Below are positions 18,377 through 28,450 of a stretch of 64,000 bases of DNA, one piece after another (position 1 is the stretch's first letter; each line of letters opens with the position of its first letter). The notes beneath the pieces were generated by a model, which was not told where the DNA came from, did not search any database, and saw only the letters and a list, made by a program, of their open reading frames with translations. Source of the DNA: a virus. Location: positions 1 through 64,000 of IMG/VR virus record IMGVR_UViG_3300021490_000001; one strand, 5' to 3'. A program made the position numbers and the translations under genes.

Positions 18377-21300
18377 TTATATTGAATTTATGGTTAGTCC
18401 ATAATCGAAACCACCCATTGTGAAAACAGACGAGTTATATCCCCGTTTACACCATACTTGAAATGATCCACCTGGAGCTACTGTGCTTCCTATGTTTTGA
18501 AAAGTCTGTGTTAAATTAATATGAGAAGTATAGGCATTATTATCTGCACAGCTATCTACAATATTTTGATATGCAAGAGATGTATTCATTTGCACTTGTC
18601 CTGTGGCAGAACCATTGTTTGTGCAATTAATAAGTGGAATGCTATTTGTTTGACCTGATGCGTTTACCCAGAGCCAATTTGAATTTGTTGGTGGGTTATC
18701 TAAATCAATCAATGGCCTATATACTATTTGACTAATACCTGAGCCTAATGAACAATCTAGATCTGGTATGCCATTATCTATTGTAAAATTCTCATTGAGT
18801 AAATTAGAAGAACATCTGCTTGTAGTATCGCAATTTGTAAGATTTAATTTATAAATTCCATCATCTACAAGACTTGTATCAAAAGAGACATTAATCTCTA
18901 ACCCACCATCTGAAAAACTTCCATTTATTGTGTAATTGAAAGTTCCGTCAGTATTTCTAAGAGTTAAGTTTCCCGTTACTACATCTCCATTTGCATCTTT
19001 TCCTAAAAGACAGCCAATATCTATTGTAGAACTATAAGTTCCATTTTTGTTCTTATCACCATTAATATGAATTATTTGTGGTTTTCCAGGAGCATACTGA
19101 ATAACTCCAATTTCGTCTGTAGTAACTGAACTCCAACCACAATTTGAAAGATTATCGCAAGCATATATTTTATAAGTAATTTCATCTATATTATTATGAA
19201 TCTCTGAAAGCCAAACAACACCAGTTCCGCTATGTTGTGTAAATGTAGCTCCATCATCTGAACTTGTGTATAGCATTCCTGAAGTGTTCATACTAATATT
19301 TCCTATTAATGTTGTATCATCTGAATATTTTAAATCCCAATTTTTAACAGCATTTGCAGTTGTTACAAAACCAAAATAACTTATTTCTGTAGCTTTTACA
19401 GTTCCTATTGTTTCGTTTTCATCTATATAGAAATTTAGTTCATAGTAACTTACATTGCTCCTTGTGTAACTGTAACTATCTGTGGTTTCGATATTCCCAA
19501 GATAAACACAATTTGTAGAGTCTGAAATGCTGAGTCCATCTGTTTTTTTCGTTTCATTGCAATAATAAATTAATGAGTCTTTGTTTGAATTCGTTCCATC
19601 GATATAAAATAATACTTGCATAGTTGAATTAGATTCAATATCTCTATAATGGATTTCTGTTATTGCGGGATTATTATTATAATAACTTAGAGTATCTATT
19701 CCCATAGATTCTAATGTTGTTTTATCTAATGGAAAAAATTGATGGAACAAGCCTCTAACATCTGGTTTAGTGAAATTATAAACTTTCCAACCTGAACCAT
19801 TACTTGAACAAGTCAGATGCCCACAGGAACAATCATGCACGCTCCATTCCCAAATGTTATCAAACAAACTTTCAAACCATTTACTTTCATTCCTGTGTTC
19901 TGCTCTTTGTTCGTTATATGCTCCTCCTGCTTTGGTATTTGAAGGAAATCTCCATGAGAAGTTAAGATTGTTTTCTGTCGTATGATTGACAGTAGTGGCT
20001 ATTAATATGCTGGAATCATTAAGTCCATCTGTATCGGAACAATTGTATAAAATAGTTATTGAACCTGTACTGGAAGTGTTTATATCTGCAGGACTCTGAG
20101 AAATGAAGGTACAATTTGGTGGTAGATTTGGAACATATTCATCACTTAATGGAAGCCAGTCAATGTTTCCATTTGTTAAGTTATAATAATCATCACAGAA
20201 TCCATCAGTATTTGAATCAGTGCAAGTATCTGAATAATCATTTCCTGTTGAATTTGTCCAGTAGTTTCCACCGATTTGTGTTCCAATACTATATATTCTG
20301 GTTCCTGTTTGTTTTGTCGTGTTCCAATTGTTTGCATAAACTGTTCCAAACTTAACATTATCCGTCTGATTGAAAAGATTATTGTAAATGAGATTTACTT
20401 CTCCATTTCCTGCACCATTCATGTAAAGACCGTAAGTATTGGAATAGATTCTATTATCGTATATTGTGTTATTCGTGGCTGTTGTATCGAGTTGAATACC
20501 ATAATAGTTTGAATGTATTGTGTTATTGTAAATAAGATTATCATCGTCACTAATAAAAAGCCCGACATCAGAAGTGCCACTTTGTGAATATATTGTGGAT
20601 TCTTTTATTGTGTTTAAGTTTCCGTTTATATAAATACCGTCATCAGTATTTGAATTAGCGATTATGTTTGTAAATGTGTTTGAATTTGAATAATAACTGT
20701 AAATACCATTATAATTATTTGAATTAGCGATTACATTTGTAAATGTATTTGAATCTGAATAAGTACCATAAAAACCATAATTATTAGAATTAGCACTTAT
20801 ATTTGTAAATGTGTTTGAATCTGAATTATAACTATAAAAACCATAAGTATTTGAATTAGCTGTAATGTTTGTAAATGTGTTTGAATTTGAATTATAACTA
20901 TAAATACCATCATCGGTATTTGAATTAGCAGTTATATTTGTAACTGTATTTGAAACAGAATAATAACTGTAGATACCCCATTCCATATCGGTAAATTGTG
21001 AATTAGATATATTTGCTCCTTGTGTCGCAATTAAAAAGAACCCGTTGTTTTCTGTTCCTGTTCTATCCATAACTAAATTAGATACATTTGAATTATCAGC
21101 ACCGCATAAGATTATTTCAGACACATTATTAGTCCAATCCTGAATATTTACAGATGAATTATAAAACAATATTGGCTTTTCTTCTGTTCCTATAACATTA
21201 ACAAATTCTGAATTACAATCAAGTGCAGTTCGTGTGGTTACATAGTAAAAATCAGCTAATACATTGTCTTTTATAGTAATATTTGTAAATGTGTTTGAAT

Positions 21301-22867
21301 CTGAAATATAACTGTAAATACCATAATTATTTGAATTAGCTGTAATGTTTGCAAATATATTTGAATCTGAATAATAAATGTAAAAACCATAATTATTTGA
21401 ATTAGCAGTTATATTTGTAACTGTATTTGAATCTGAATAAGAACATGAAATACCAAAAGTATTTGAATTAGCAGTTAGATTTGTAACTGTATTTGAATCT
21501 GAATAATAAGTATAAATACCATTATCAGGATTTGAATTCACTGTATTATTAGTCAAATTATTTCCATCAGCGTAATATAAATAAATTCCATTAGTGTCCC
21601 AATCACTAACAACACAATTCTTAATAGTCACATTCGTGGTTTCAGCAGATGCTCTCTTGACATAAATCCCATAATCTGCTACATCATCACCGTCAATAGT
21701 AAATCCTGCACAATCGAGAGTTACATCATTTGCACTGATGTTTATGCAGTAGCTTGTAGAAGAACCTGTAATGCTTTGGTTCATGGTATATGTTCCTGCT
21801 TGGTCTAATACCATACAGCCAGAAACAATCGGATCTATCTCAATGTCAAGAATTGTTATGTTGAACTTATCTGTTGCCCACATAGGATAATCAAATTCAT
21901 AAGTTATAGTATGGTTTCCTTTAGTTAGTGATTTCATTTTTTTCAATGTGATTTCCTTGGTGGTACCTTTATTATTAACAATATCAGGAATCTTATCGTT
22001 TAACTTACTAAGATGTTTGTCTAATGTTACAACTTTCTTTGTAAATGGTCTCTTTTTGAAAGCCAGACCTGGATTCAAATCTTGTACTTTTGCAGGAGTA
22101 TCAGACTTGTATTCGATATCAACAGCTAACGAACAATGAACTGTGTTATTTTCTCTAGCAACGCAATGTGCACTATTGGGTACCTTTAATGAATATTTGT
22201 CTGATTCATACTTCCAATAATTCGTAGTTATATATTGCGAAACATTAGTTATCTCATGTGTTTCACTTGATTCGTTTATCGCCTCTATATAGCCCGCAAA
22301 TACTTCTTCAGTTACAAATGTTAATCCTGCTTTCCATATAGGGTCAATATCTACATAATCATCTAACATAAAAGACCACTTGATTGTATCTTCTGGTTTT
22401 TTATGGCCTACTAATTGTATTTTATTAACCTTTTTTCGTTCCCAACAATCTCCATCTTTAATGGGCCTGTATTTATTGCCATAAGTAGGTACATTCCAAT
22501 CTACTTGAATGTCATAAGGAACCCAAGAACCATTATCAAGAAGTTTCTGTGTTGTTATGATATTATCTATCTTATTCAAATTTACATGAAGTGTTCTGCT
22601 TCTGGCTACCTTTTTAAATAAAGTTTCGTTTTCATATTTGGTATTGTTATAATCAGCAAAACACACACGCCAATAAGAAGTGGTTACATTAATATAAGAA
22701 TTACATTCAGAACCGCAGGTTATGTCACCAGTGTAATTATAAGTTACACCCTTAAGATTAAAAAGAACTCCAAATAAATCTGTATAGGTCATTAATCCAC
22801 CAGATGCCACAATTACAACTAATACTGTTGCTGCTTGCTGCCAGGTAAATTTGTTCATTTCAATCAT
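18377..22867 (-). CDS. Giant secreted/membrane-anchored beta-helix (NosD-like) glycoprotein, 1496 aa
   Basis: N-terminal hydrophobic helix (ATVLVVIVASGGL); repeats SDSNTFTNITANSN; IGGNYW...D...DGFCD motif; dense N-x-S/T sequons. Confidence 0.8.
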   Translation of the reverse strand: MIEMNKFTWQQAATVLVVIVASGGLMTYTDLFGVLFNLKGVTYNYTGDITCGSECNSYINVTTSYWRVCFADYNNTKYENETLFKKVARSRTLHVNLNKIDNIITTQKLLDNGSWVPYDIQVDWNVPTYGNKYRPIKDGDCWERKKVNKIQLVGHKKPEDTIKWSFMLDDYVDIDPIWKAGLTFVTEEVFAGYIEAINESSETHEITNVSQYITTNYWKYESDKYSLKVPNSAHCVARENNTVHCSLAVDIEYKSDTPAKVQDLNPGLAFKKRPFTKKVVTLDKHLSKLNDKIPDIVNNKGTTKEITLKKMKSLTKGNHTITYEFDYPMWATDKFNITILDIEIDPIVSGCMVLDQAGTYTMNQSITGSSTSYCINISANDVTLDCAGFTIDGDDVADYGIYVKRASAETTNVTIKNCVVSDWDTNGIYLYYADGNNLTNNTVNSNPDNGIYTYYSDSNTVTNLTANSNTFGISCSYSDSNTVTNITANSNNYGFYIYYSDSNIFANITANSNNYGIYSYISDSNTFTNITIKDNVLADFYYVTTRTALDCNSEFVNVIGTEEKPILFYNSSVNIQDWTNNVSEIILCGADNSNVSNLVMDRTGTENNGFFLIATQGANISNSQFTDMEWGIYSYYSVSNTVTNITANSNTDDGIYSYNSNSNTFTNITANSNTYGFYSYNSDSNTFTNISANSNNYGFYGTYSDSNTFTNVIANSNNYNGIYSYYSNSNTFTNIIANSNTDDGIYINGNLNTIKESTIYSQSGTSDVGLFISDDDNLIYNNTIHSNYYGIQLDTTATNNTIYDNRIYSNTYGLYMNGAGNGEVNLIYNNLFNQTDNVKFGTVYANNWNTTKQTGTRIYSIGTQIGGNYWTNSTGNDYSDTCTDSNTDGFCDDYYNLTNGNIDWLPLSDEYVPNLPPNCTFISQSPADINTSSTGSITILYNCSDTDGLNDSSILIATTVNHTTENNLNFSWRFPSNTKAGGAYNEQRAEHRNESKWFESLFDNIWEWSVHDCSCGHLTCSSNGSGWKVYNFTKPDVRGLFHQFFPLDKTTLESMGIDTLSYYNNNPAITEIHYRDIESNSTMQVLFYIDGTNSNKDSLIYYCNETKKTDGLSISDSTNCVYLGNIETTDSYSYTRSNVSYYELNFYIDENETIGTVKATEISYFGFVTTANAVKNWDLKYSDDTTLIGNISMNTSGMLYTSSDDGATFTQHSGTGVVWLSEIHNNIDEITYKIYACDNLSNCGWSSVTTDEIGVIQYAPGKPQIIHINGDKNKNGTYSSTIDIGCLLGKDANGDVVTGNLTLRNTDGTFNYTINGSFSDGGLEINVSFDTSLVDDGIYKLNLTNCDTTSRCSSNLLNENFTIDNGIPDLDCSLGSGISQIVYRPLIDLDNPPTNSNWLWVNASGQTNSIPLINCTNNGSATGQVQMNTSLAYQNIVDSCADNNAYTSHINLTQTFQNIGSTVAPGGSFQVWCKRGYNSSVFTMGGFDYGLTINSI

Positions 22868-23276
22868 TCCTGTTATCTGTATCCTTCATAAGCAGGAAGT
22901 CATCGACTTCGATTACGCTTTTGAAGTTAGTATTGTTTTTGGTCTGTTGATAACCAAATAGAAATTTAATAGTTCGGATTTCTTTTCCTGTTTCGATTTC
23001 TTTTATTATCGTAGTTCTTGCTACAAAAATTAGTCTTTTGTTCTTATCGAGAACTAAACCTATGTTCCATGGTATCAAAAAGAATTGTTCTATGTAAGAG
23101 CTGATTTTATTGTAATCAGATGGCTCGATTTTAGGTTTATCAATTAGAATCTTAGAGTTGATATAGTCTGCTATCTGTCTCCAAGGCAGTTCTTTACCTT
23201 CTAAGGTGTCTCCGTTTGTTAATTTTACCCTCCATAGTGGGTCTATGGACATTACTTTGTTATAGTCTAATGGCAT
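22860..23276 (-). CDS. Hypothetical protein
   Basis: AGGAGG SD. Confidence 0.65.
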   Translation of the reverse strand: MPLDYNKVMSIDPLWRVKLTNGDTLEGKELPWRQIADYINSKILIDKPKIEPSDYNKISSYIEQFFLIPWNIGLVLDKNKRLIFVARTTIIKEIETGKEIRTIKFLFGYQQTKNNTNFKSVIEVDDFLLMKDTDNRND

Positions 23277-23353
23277 TGGATTGCCTCCTATGATATTGAA
23301 TTATCGAAATTCTTTCCTTTTGTTCCATACTGTTTGTGTTTCAAATCATTCTT

Positions 23354-23902
23354 CTATGACCTACTCATTTTTTTTAGTTTCTTTTGGCCCAGCGGAAACC
23401 AAGATGAACCAAGATAGTATCTGGATGACTGACAAGCTCTGCATAGTATTCGCAGGTTTTTTAGTTGATTATTGAAATGATCTCCATCCCTGTGATGTAC
23501 ACATAAATTCTTTTCTGTATGGCAAATATCGCATCTTTTTGGCAGGTTTTCCATTGCCAATTTTTTATATGCTTTAGTGTTTTTGCTTTTGCCTGTTGTT
23601 GTTTGCGCATTGAATATTTTCTTTTTTGTTTCATCTGAATGATGTTTTCTCAACATTGATCTTGGGTTGTTTTCTGTCATAAATTTAGACTTCTTGCGTT
23701 TCCATTCTTCTGTTCGTGGCTTCTTCAAATAATTTGATTCACAGACCTTTTGTGCCTCACTTAAGGTTCTTGACCTGATTTTGTATTTCTTTAAATAATA
23801 TCTTACAGCATTTTGTGCGCATCCAAGTTTAGATGCGATTTGCCATGTTGAAAGCTTATCATTTAAATACCATTTTTTCAGTTGATCTTTAGTTATTAGC
23901 AT
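23354..23902 (-). CDS. HNH homing endonuclease with HTH and NUMOD3-like DNA-binding motifs
   Basis: KHHSDETKKKI; CDIC...VHHRDGDHFNNQLKNLRILCRAC. Confidence 0.85.
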   Translation of the reverse strand: MLITKDQLKKWYLNDKLSTWQIASKLGCAQNAVRYYLKKYKIRSRTLSEAQKVCESNYLKKPRTEEWKRKKSKFMTENNPRSMLRKHHSDETKKKIFNAQTTTGKSKNTKAYKKLAMENLPKRCDICHTEKNLCVHHRDGDHFNNQLKNLRILCRACQSSRYYLGSSWFPLGQKKLKKMSRS

Positions 23903-23936
23903 ATATTTTATTTGTTGCTTAAGCTATTTAAATGTA

Positions 23937-24449
23937 TTATTGTTCGTCCCATTGAAAGGTTATGGTTAGCTGTGCATGAGGACCTACAGGAGCATCTGTA
24001 TCAACATATATCTGAGATACGATATAGTCGCTGTATCCCGTTGATGTAAGACTTCCTGTCAATGAACCGCTTATACCGATGTTTGCTGTTCCAGGATCTG
24101 ATGTTGGAAATGTCGTATCTGCTTTGGTAGACTGTGTATTTACTGGAGTAGAATATGTTTCTGCTGTATATCCTGATGTTACCAGATTTGCTTTCATTGT
24201 TCCAGATGAACCTAAAGATAATGTTCCTGCTGATTTCCATACTTGCAGATTATCGATTTTCGTTGATGTTCCCATATCGGTTACATTGTATCTATTCCAT
24301 TTTTCATAGCTATAAGTACCTCGTGTAATTGGGTAATCTGCTGGCACAAGGTTTACTGCATCTGTGCTTCCATAATTAATGTTAGATACACTTGCAGTAA
24401 TTGTTTCACCCGCACCATTAGATTCGCTTATACTTACTGTTGCTGCCAT
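23937..24449 (-). CDS. Putative virion structural protein (S/T/G-rich beta protein)
   Basis: GAGGA SD; composition; late operon. Confidence 0.6.
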   Translation of the reverse strand: MAATVSISESNGAGETITASVSNINYGSTDAVNLVPADYPITRGTYSYEKWNRYNVTDMGTSTKIDNLQVWKSAGTLSLGSSGTMKANLVTSGYTAETYSTPVNTQSTKADTTFPTSDPGTANIGISGSLTGSLTSTGYSDYIVSQIYVDTDAPVGPHAQLTITFQWDEQ

Positions 24450-24460
24450 TTAAATTCCTC

Positions 24461-24856
24461 CTACTTCTTTTTTCTTAAGTCTCTAACATCTTGTTTTATT
24501 TCGCTAATCGAGAAGCTAATACTCTTATTGCTTGCGTTTATTTCTGCTGTATGTACTTCAAGACCATTTATCATTTTAGTTAGTGACCTGATTTCTTTTT
24601 GTGTGTTGTTCATTACTTCGATTATTTTACTATCCAGACTTGATTTCGTATGTTCAAAATCTTTTCTGAGACACTTATGGTCAGTTTTAATAATTTTCAG
24701 CTCTTTAGTTGATTGATTTTTATGTGTATTAAGTTCTTTTATTATCGCTTTATGATTCAATGAAAATAAAAACGCGATAAAGGATAATAATAGTAACGAT
24801 ACAACACTCATAGGTTTCAACTCTACTGGAACCCATGTAAACAAACTCTCTATCAA
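24461..24856 (-). CDS. Membrane-anchored coiled-coil protein (holin/lysis-associated candidate)
   Basis: One TM helix (VVSLLLLSFIAFLFSL) followed by coiled coil. Confidence 0.5.
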   Translation of the reverse strand: MIESLFTWVPVELKPMSVVSLLLLSFIAFLFSLNHKAIIKELNTHKNQSTKELKIIKTDHKCLRKDFEHTKSSLDSKIIEVMNNTQKEIRSLTKMINGLEVHTAEINASNKSISFSISEIKQDVRDLRKKK

Positions 24857-24888
24857 ACAATCACCAATATATTTTAATGTGTATATCT

Positions 24889-25308
24889 TTATTCTTCAGT
24901 ATAATATACAATAACTCTTGTTACAGCACTTCCTACTGAGTATGTTATGTTCGTAAGCCTTAGTACTTCATCAACATCACCAACTACATTTATATTTGGC
25001 ATACTTATGAATAGTGGGCTACTTGTATTAATATGTCGATAACTGCATAGTATTTTAGAGTCGTCTGTTGTATGTCCTGTTCCGAATGCAATCGTTCCTC
25101 TTACTGTTGAAGTTAAGTCTGATAAGACTGTACCGCTAATACAAAATCCTAATACTCTAATTTTTTTTCCTGAAGCGGGTGTCAAATCATCTGTTCCTGC
25201 TGAAGTTGAAACTCTAAGTTCTTTAGTTGACATCTCTACGGGAATGATTCGTTTAGCATGGTTTGTGTCTTCATGTTCATGAATTTCAATTACATCTTTT
25301 GATGTCAT
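24889..25308 (-). CDS. Putative virion protein
   Basis: AGGTGA SD; TPASGKKIRVLGF beta-sandwich pattern. Confidence 0.55.
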   Translation of the reverse strand: MTSKDVIEIHEHEDTNHAKRIIPVEMSTKELRVSTSAGTDDLTPASGKKIRVLGFCISGTVLSDLTSTVRGTIAFGTGHTTDDSKILCSYRHINTSSPLFISMPNINVVGDVDEVLRLTNITYSVGSAVTRVIVYYTEE

Positions 25309-25313
25309 TTAGA

Positions 25314-25736
25314 TCACCTTAATTTTTCAAGGAAAGACAAGATCTTCTTTCTGTTTTTTCCTTTGAGTTCCATACTTATTAGCAAATCGATATCAGCCGA
25401 CTTTAAGTCCATGCTCTTTAGTTTTTTCTTTATAGTATATGTATTTTGATTTAAGTAGAGACTGGCTTCCTCTTCATTGTCAAGAAGTCTGTCTATTGGT
25501 TTCTTTTCTTTCTTTTCTTTTTTTTCTGTTTTTACCTGTATTGGTTTTTCTACTTTTTTCTTTAATGCTTTTGGCTCTTCTGCTGGCTTTGTGTCTTCGA
25601 CAAGTATTCTGCCTAGATCGATATACATCTGGAGCCCATTGTTCAGTTCAGCTACATCTACGCTTTCGCCTGGGTGAATAATTTTGTTCTCAATAGAAAA
25701 TGTTATGTTCCTTGCTGTTAATTTCAATATGGTCAC
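25314..25736 (-). CDS. Head-associated small protein with C-terminal E..GKNRK motif
   Basis: IIHPGESVDV N-terminus, K/E/P linker, ELKGKNRKKIL; typical of genes near capsid genes. Confidence 0.5.
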   Translation of the reverse strand: MTILKLTARNITFSIENKIIHPGESVDVAELNNGLQMYIDLGRILVEDTKPAEEPKALKKKVEKPIQVKTEKKEKKEKKPIDRLLDNEEEASLYLNQNTYTIKKKLKSMDLKSADIDLLISMELKGKNRKKILSFLEKLR

Positions 25737-25761
25737 CTCTAAAGTTACTCTTTATTATATA

Positions 25762-25781
25762 TAAGAAGTGTTGGTTATTTA
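25762..25781 (-). promoter_or_regulatory. Late promoter motif TAAATAACCAACACTTCTTA (copy 1)
   Basis: Identical 20-mer also at 38964-38983; both intergenic, upstream of - strand genes, TATA-like 5' part. Confidence 0.65.
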
Positions 25782-25785
25782 TTAG

Positions 25786-26487
25786 TTAGTTTTTTTGCTT
25801 AACCAGAATCTTGAAGATGTCATCTACTTTTCTATTTCGTAAATTTTCTTCTGTTGTTTTATTCTGATTGTATCTATATCCTTTGTGTTTGATTGCGATT
25901 ATTCCAAATAGATTTATGTTCTGGCCTGTTTTCCTAAACTTATTAAGTAAGTAGATATTGAAATCATAAGTGAATCTGGAAACTAATTCAAACATGTCAT
26001 AATAATTGAACCGTTGTTTATGCATTATATCCGGAATTCTATTTTCTATAGGTACTGTTATTAGGATCCTTCCTTTGTCTTTGCACTTTTTGAATAACTC
26101 CATCATAATCTCATGTGGCTTATCTACATGTTCTAATACTTCAAAGCAACTTACATTATCGAAATAGTTATTTTGAATATCCTTGAGGTTATTATATAAA
26201 ACTGCTTTGTTCTGTAGCTTGGCTTTCGCTATCGAGAGAGCTTCTTCTGAGATATCATAACCGCTTGGTCTGAGGTTATTGCCAGCGCATAATGATAGAA
26301 ATATACCATCACCACAACCGTAGTCCAGAATATTTTTGCCTGCTGTTCGTTCTAAGGCCCAGATAAATCTATGATCTGGTTTCATTATTCTAGGTTCCCA
26401 TGGAGTATAACATCGTTTATAATCTTCATTATAAGCTAATTTAATATATTTCTCTTCGTTTTCATTTTTGACATTATATCCTTTCAA
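25786..26487 (-). CDS. Class I SAM-dependent methyltransferase
   Basis: ILDYGCGDG, GYDIS, FDNVSCFEVLEHV, GRILITVP. Confidence 0.9.
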   Translation of the reverse strand: MKGYNVKNENEEKYIKLAYNEDYKRCYTPWEPRIMKPDHRFIWALERTAGKNILDYGCGDGIFLSLCAGNNLRPSGYDISEEALSIAKAKLQNKAVLYNNLKDIQNNYFDNVSCFEVLEHVDKPHEIMMELFKKCKDKGRILITVPIENRIPDIMHKQRFNYYDMFELVSRFTYDFNIYLLNKFRKTGQNINLFGIIAIKHKGYRYNQNKTTEENLRNRKVDDIFKILVKQKN

Positions 26488-27215
26488 TGTAAATCACCTG
26501 GTGGAGTTAATTTTACTCGTTCATTGAACCAGCGCATTTCATCTTCAATGTAATATGATGGATTTAACCATGCTTTATCAGATACATGTCTGCTTACCTG
26601 ATTGAGTTTTAATATATTTCCATATTTACCAAGAGCAAGATCATTTAAATTTCCCACTTGGTTAGATAAAATCCATCGAAGATACTTCATTATTTTATGT
26701 ACTCTATCTGGCATTTTGCATTCTGGATTTATATGAGATTCCAAAATGGTTCCATACCAATCAATTGCATCCTTTTTGAACCAATGTATCTTTGCTTCTA
26801 AATGCGCCCAAGTACAATTGAGTTTGGCTAATGCATCAAGAGTTGCTGAATTCCATTTATAAAATGGTGGCTTGAATCCCCAGTATTTTGGCATGTAAGG
26901 TTTGAGGATATCTAAAGATTTACCATATAATTCAAGCTGTTCTTCGTACGATTGATAACCTTCAAACTTGGTTTTAGTTGTACATCTCAAATGATGATAG
27001 CCATGCATGGCTATATGCACCCAATCTTTGTGAGCTTCATACCAGTCATTCCATGCTCTTGAGTCATTTAGTTTATACTTTGAATTGTTCTCCCATACTG
27101 GAACTGTAAAAGCTGTGACTTCAAGTTGAGGGAATTCCTCTTTTAGTACATCGAATGTAGTAGTCCAGTAATCCAAAAACTTTGGGTTTAGATCATCTGT
27201 TGTAATATAAATCAA
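26484..27215 (-). CDS. Polysaccharide deacetylase-like (NodB/DUF2334-type) protein
   Basis: ITTDD, TAFTVP, IAMHGYHH, GFKPPFY. Confidence 0.75.
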   Translation of the reverse strand: MIYITTDDLNPKFLDYWTTTFDVLKEEFPQLEVTAFTVPVWENNSKYKLNDSRAWNDWYEAHKDWVHIAMHGYHHLRCTTKTKFEGYQSYEEQLELYGKSLDILKPYMPKYWGFKPPFYKWNSATLDALAKLNCTWAHLEAKIHWFKKDAIDWYGTILESHINPECKMPDRVHKIMKYLRWILSNQVGNLNDLALGKYGNILKLNQVSRHVSDKAWLNPSYYIEDEMRWFNERVKLTPPGDLH

Positions 27216-27991
27216 TTTAAATCCTCCTTTATACGATTCTGATTTGCATATCTTGTATTTGAATCGAGAGCTGCTAAGATCATGCGTGATTTGTAGACAA
27301 AATCGTTAATTAGTTCCATGTTTTGTCGTACGCATGTTCCTCCAATATAGTTTGATTTAATGTCTGGTCTTAAGCCAAGAATCTTTTGCGTTTCCTCACC
27401 AAACTCTCTAACTAATTTGTGGTTTATATTATATCTATTACAGATTCTTTCTGCTTCCTGTGCCCATGCTATTAAAATACCATATTGAGTTGTATCTAGA
27501 AGTTTAAGAATTTCTGTAACATAATGATGTGTATTGTGAACTGTCTTGACTTTTAATCCCATGCCTTCGAATATTTTTCTAGCTGATATTAATGCTTCCC
27601 CATCTCTACCTGAAATCCATTTCGTATACTGTCGAATATGTTCATTAATTAGATCATGCTGTCCCCTGACTGGTGAATGAACAACTTTAGCACTTGCTTG
27701 TTTTTCTAATTGCAGGCATGTTCCTGGAACTACAGTTGAGTTTATTATTAATAATTTTGGCTTGAATCGATTTGTATATTCAGTTACGATCCTTACGAAT
27801 TTCCTGGAATAATGCAGGTTGATTAGTAATACATCTATTGAATCCACAGTCAAGGCATCAACTCCTGTGACTTCTTTCATAAGATCTGTTTTTAAATCCA
27901 GACCATGGACTTCATATTGTCCGCTTTCTTTTGCTAAGTTATATAATGCAGCTCCTGTTACGCCTAATCCGATAAAAAGTAATTTCTTCAT
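27212..27991 (-). CDS. NDP-sugar dehydrogenase (UDP-glucose/GDP-mannose dehydrogenase family)
   Basis: IGLGVTG, INSTVVPGT, HSPVRG, EILKLLDTT, IGGTCV; start MKKLL at 27991 after GGAGG. Confidence 0.85.
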   Translation of the reverse strand: MKKLLFIGLGVTGAALYNLAKESGQYEVHGLDLKTDLMKEVTGVDALTVDSIDVLLINLHYSRKFVRIVTEYTNRFKPKLLIINSTVVPGTCLQLEKQASAKVVHSPVRGQHDLINEHIRQYTKWISGRDGEALISARKIFEGMGLKVKTVHNTHHYVTEILKLLDTTQYGILIAWAQEAERICNRYNINHKLVREFGEETQKILGLRPDIKSNYIGGTCVRQNMELINDFVYKSRMILAALDSNTRYANQNRIKEDLN

Positions 27992-28242
27992 AATAGATCT
28001 TCCTCCTTGATATTGAAAAAATATTGAATCCAATTTGGTGTATTAAGCCAATAGTTAATAATATGTCTTTCGTTTTGAGATGTATCATGAGAATCAAACG
28101 CTTTAATCCATTTGATAGCCTCTGCTTTTAGAGCTTCTTCAGTGATAGTATGATTCATACCACAGGTAGCGCATATGCTTCCTTCAATGCCTTGGTGCAG
28201 TTCGCAGCCAATTAAGTCATTTAATGTTTTTGGTCTTATCAT
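27988..28242 (-). CDS. Hypothetical viral protein
   Basis: LKAEAIKWIK...WIQYFFNIKEEDL; SD GAGGAG. Confidence 0.6.
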   Translation of the reverse strand: MIRPKTLNDLIGCELHQGIEGSICATCGMNHTITEEALKAEAIKWIKAFDSHDTSQNERHIINYWLNTPNWIQYFFNIKEEDLL

Positions 28243-28450
28243 TTTTCTCCTCTAATTGCAAGATCACTAAACCAATACTAGAAGATGCATCTAGTATTAA
28301 CTTGAACTGTTCGTTTGTTAATGGATACTCTGCATCTATGAATTCATTGAGATAATCATAGATTCTTCGTAGTTCTAACATCATCAAGTAGTTTCTTGTA
28401 CCTTTCTTTTGAGTTTTTCCAGTTGAAATATTCGACTTTGTCATAGGCAT
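28217..28450 (-). CDS. Hypothetical protein (true start probably MMLELRR)
   Basis: Packed ORF. Confidence 0.45.
   Translation of the reverse strand: MPMTKSNISTGKTQKKGTRNYLMMLELRRIYDYLNEFIDAEYPLTNEQFKLILDASSSIGLVILQLEEKNDKTKNIK

Noticed and set aside
23281-23936. Group I intron or intein carrying the HNH gene
   Set aside because: Flanking genes are complete with their own starts and stops; the HNH has its own TATA-like promoter, so it looks free-standing
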